Source of the DNA: Octopus sinensis
Taxonomy: Eukaryota
Direction of reading: 5' to 3'
DNA: 7,632 nucleotides
NCBI RefSeq assembly: GCF_006345805.1
Contig: NW_021828802.1
Location: 1 to 7,632, forward strand
The notes below the pieces were generated by a model. The model was given only the letters and a program-made list of their open reading frames with translations, searched no databases and was not told where the DNA came from. Below are positions 5,809-7,632 of this stretch, in pieces. The stretch's first letter is position 1. Each line of letters begins with the position of its first letter. Both the position numbers and the translations under genes were made by a program.

Positions 5809-7632
5809 TCATGTTGAAGTATGTCCATGTTGTTGTTGTTGTTGTTCTGATTAATGTGACACTTTCTCGAAACATCAACACACTCACATTCTCATCTAAC
5901 TTAATTAGTTTACTGTCCGGTCCCTAATGTCCAACAAATCATAATCAACAGGTTCCTCGAATGCAGGAATGGAAAAAGGGACCATTGCTGTCCTATATGG
6001 AAGTCTCCTCACTGATATTTCATCAATTCCTGAATTATTAATCTCCGCTATGTAATTACCACATCTCACCTTTAATCTACCTTTACCAATTATTTCACCT
6101 GATTTACCTCTTCTTCTTCCTCCTCCATCTCCATCTCCTCCTCTGTATTCCAATTTATTAATTAATTCATTACTGAATATTTCCTTGTTCGTTTCAGATG
6201 TAATGGAAGGGAAACGAAGACCAGAATCAAGATTTAATGACGACACAGATTCCAGAATGTTCACTTGGTCCCCATCAATCTTTATGCAATGACATTCAAT
6301 CAATTCATTATGTACACACCAGTAAATACCCCCACTTTTCTCCATATTACACCATAAGGGATGAGACTCGACCAAACTTGAGATGTCTGCAAATCTTCTC
6401 CATTCAGTTGAAATATTTCTTTCCTTTTAGGAACCGTGGCCATTATGTGTGATTCTTGTGTAAAACACACACCACCAACTAAACTTGCAACATTTCTGTG
6501 ACATAGCAACTGGCCGTCTTCATCGAATATTTTAACATTTCCATTATTGGCTTTTTCACACACAACTGTCTTTCCTTCCTCAGAGACATCAAAATCTTTT
6601 ACTTGAACAGGACATTCGTCTGTTTGTAAACGAGCAACCGGGAAGCTGTCTCGATTCACCATAAACAACCCTTCAACATACAATTCATTCTCTCCCTTTC
6701 GGGGCTTCCAACAAACCTTGGTCCTTTACAGTCTATACTGGAGAAATCTACTCTATCTTTATAAATTCTTTTATTTAAAAATATTCTCTTGTATTCCCCA
6801 TTCTGGGTCAAACACAAAATGTTTCGATATTCTAATGAACCAAAAATTTCTCCCACTCACCATAAATGTACAAAAAACTGTCATCAATTGTCATCCTGTC
6901 ATCATCACATATAATACTCCATGTAGTGTCTGACTGAATGTAAATATTGACCACCACTGTTGAAGAAAATGATGAATCTCAAGTTGAAGACAATGATGAC
7001 ATCTTCATCAGTAACTTTAATATCCTGGATTATATCAGAATAATCTCCATCTTCTCTTCTCCTTATTAATGGTTCAGGTATGTCTATTTTTTTTATTTCC
7101 TTCACACTCGAATGTATTTCATCAATATCAACAAAATGCAAATGTCTTCCATCTCCCCATTCACTCAAAACCAGTTGATTATTTGATAAAGAAGCCACAC
7201 ATTGATATTTATTTCTCGTTTTGTAAATTACCAACGACAATGGAAATTCCACTTTTAATGTCAACAGTTGGTATTTATTATAATCATAACGATCCCAATT
7301 CGTAATGACCAGTGTGTTTGACTGCCATCGACACATTTTAATATTATCATAAACATTCACTTTGATTGAATCCAATAGGTGACCATCCAATGTGAATATC
7401 TTAATGTTTCCATTCTCCCTGTCCCATCCTGCAATCAGATTATTTTCAGTAAGAACCAAATGATTAATCCTCGCTGGTCTTTTGTCTCCCAAATGTTTAG
7501 GGAGAGGAATATGTCTGGCTTTATCAGAAACTGTCAGGTCCTGTAGATATAAAGTGGAAGACAACATTTCACTGAGAGAAATGTGTCTGGAAAATACATC
7601 CACCAGGTCGATATAATAATTAAGTTGATTAT
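5008..7632 (-). CDS. 5'-truncated, frameshift-interrupted gene (or single large terminal exon) for a multi-beta-propeller protein, NHL/TRIM-C-terminal-like, about 874 aa within the window
   Basis: Manual translation links ORFs 6905-7603, 6656-6856, 6300-6683, 5905-6375 and 5008-5736 through six frameshifts (near 6930, 6845, 6710, 6335, 5923 and 5800). The frame is open from the edge (7630: NQLNYYIDLVDVFSRH...). Recurrent blade-like motifs: NGNIKIFTLDGHLL, IIFFNSGGQYLHSV, ILCLTQNGEYKRI, NGNVKIFDEDGQLL, MRVFDRDLRRL. The family call is by motif resemblance, not a search. A young pseudogene cannot be excluded. Confidence 0.75.
5809..5923 (-). CDS. Segment 6 (absent from the ORF track): GPDSKLIKLDENVSVLMFRESVTLIRTTTTTTWTYFNM
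   Basis: The -1 frame relative to segment 5 opens right after TAG 5926-5924 and bridges the apparent 170-bp gap between the track's ORFs with a beta-rich peptide. Confidence 0.6.
5924..6335 (-). CDS. Segment 5: rest of unit 2, Gly/Arg low-complexity linker, start of unit 3
   Basis: ORF 5905-6375 from GGIYWCVHNELIECHCIKIDGDQVNILESV through GGDGDGGGRRRG and YIAEINNSGIDEISV to PVDYDLLDI. Confidence 0.65.
6336..6715 (-). CDS. Segment 4: linker plus first part of propeller unit 2
   Basis: ORF 6300-6683 extended upstream (CWKPRKGENELYVEG..., bounded by TAA 6728-6726). Contains VKDFDVSEEGKTVVCEKANNGNVKIFDEDGQLL and VGGVCFTQESHIMATVP. Confidence 0.7.
6716..6846 (-). CDS. Segment 3: end of propeller unit 1 (GSLEYRNILCLTQNGEYKRIFLNKRIYKDRVDFSSIDCKGPR)
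   Basis: Part of ORF 6656-6856, in the same frame as segment 1. ILCLTQNGEYKRI matches the IKIFTLDGHLL-type motif. Confidence 0.65.
6847..6930 (-). CDS. Segment 2 (absent from the ORF track): DTTWSIICDDDRMTIDDSFLYIYGEWEK, one propeller blade
   Basis: The +1 frame relative to segment 1 is open until TAG at 6834-6832, while the segment 1 frame has several TGA stops here. The peptide TIDDSFLYIY looks like a blade. Boundaries are approximate. Confidence 0.6.
6931..7632 (-). CDS. Segment 1: end of a helical region plus most of propeller unit 1
   Basis: ORF 6905-7603 extended to the window edge with no stop. Helical-looking LNYYIDLVDVFSRHISLSEMLSSTLYLQDL is followed by beta-strand repeats (HLVLTENNLIAGWD, NIKIFTLDG, MCRWQSNTLVIT, VASLSNNQLVLS, IQDIKVTDEDVIIV). 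The track's last residues (HYMEYYM*) are probably out of frame. Confidence 0.75.

Noticed and set aside
5790-6935. Programmed -1 ribosomal frameshifting as the explanation for the split gene
   Set aside because: No site has a correctly phased X XXY YYZ heptamer (AAATTTT near 6849-6843 is out of phase). Six successive shifts of mixed sign would give negligible full-length protein.
5790-6935. Tiny introns explaining the frame changes
   Set aside because: Most sites lack a GT..AG pair of suitable length and phase. The one numerically possible case (23 nt near 6712-6690) is purine-rich with no pyrimidine tract.
6237-7305. Plus-strand ORFs 6237-6452, 6718-6933 and 7069-7305
   Set aside because: Short antisense shadows of the minus-strand coding region with no recognisable motifs.

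Overview
AT-rich, microsatellite-dense animal genomic DNA. The interspersed repeats resemble, from memory and not from a database search, octopus SINE and RTE-derived repeats, so a cephalopod source is likely but unproven. The main content is on the minus strand at 5008-7632. The five separate ORFs in the track, plus two short segments the track misses, join into one uninterrupted reading path of about 874 codons that is still open at the window edge. It encodes a short helical segment followed by about three divergent NHL/TRIM-type beta-propeller units. Six frameshifts break it, yet I found no in-frame nonsense codon, which fits long-read indel error better than a decayed pseudogene, though this needs checking. 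Upstream there is a CpG-richer promoter-like patch (about 2965-3175) with a strong RFX X-box, an E2F site, a GC box and a candidate first exon on the plus strand. The window also has a candidate minus-strand exon (2388-2521), a tRNA-derived SINE (about 1330-1535), an RTE-type repeat (about 415-715), a structured 540-bp trinucleotide satellite (4080-4616) and a degenerate tRNA-Gly-like fragment facing the 3' end of the propeller gene. There is no evidence of CRISPR arrays, rRNA or prokaryotic operons.
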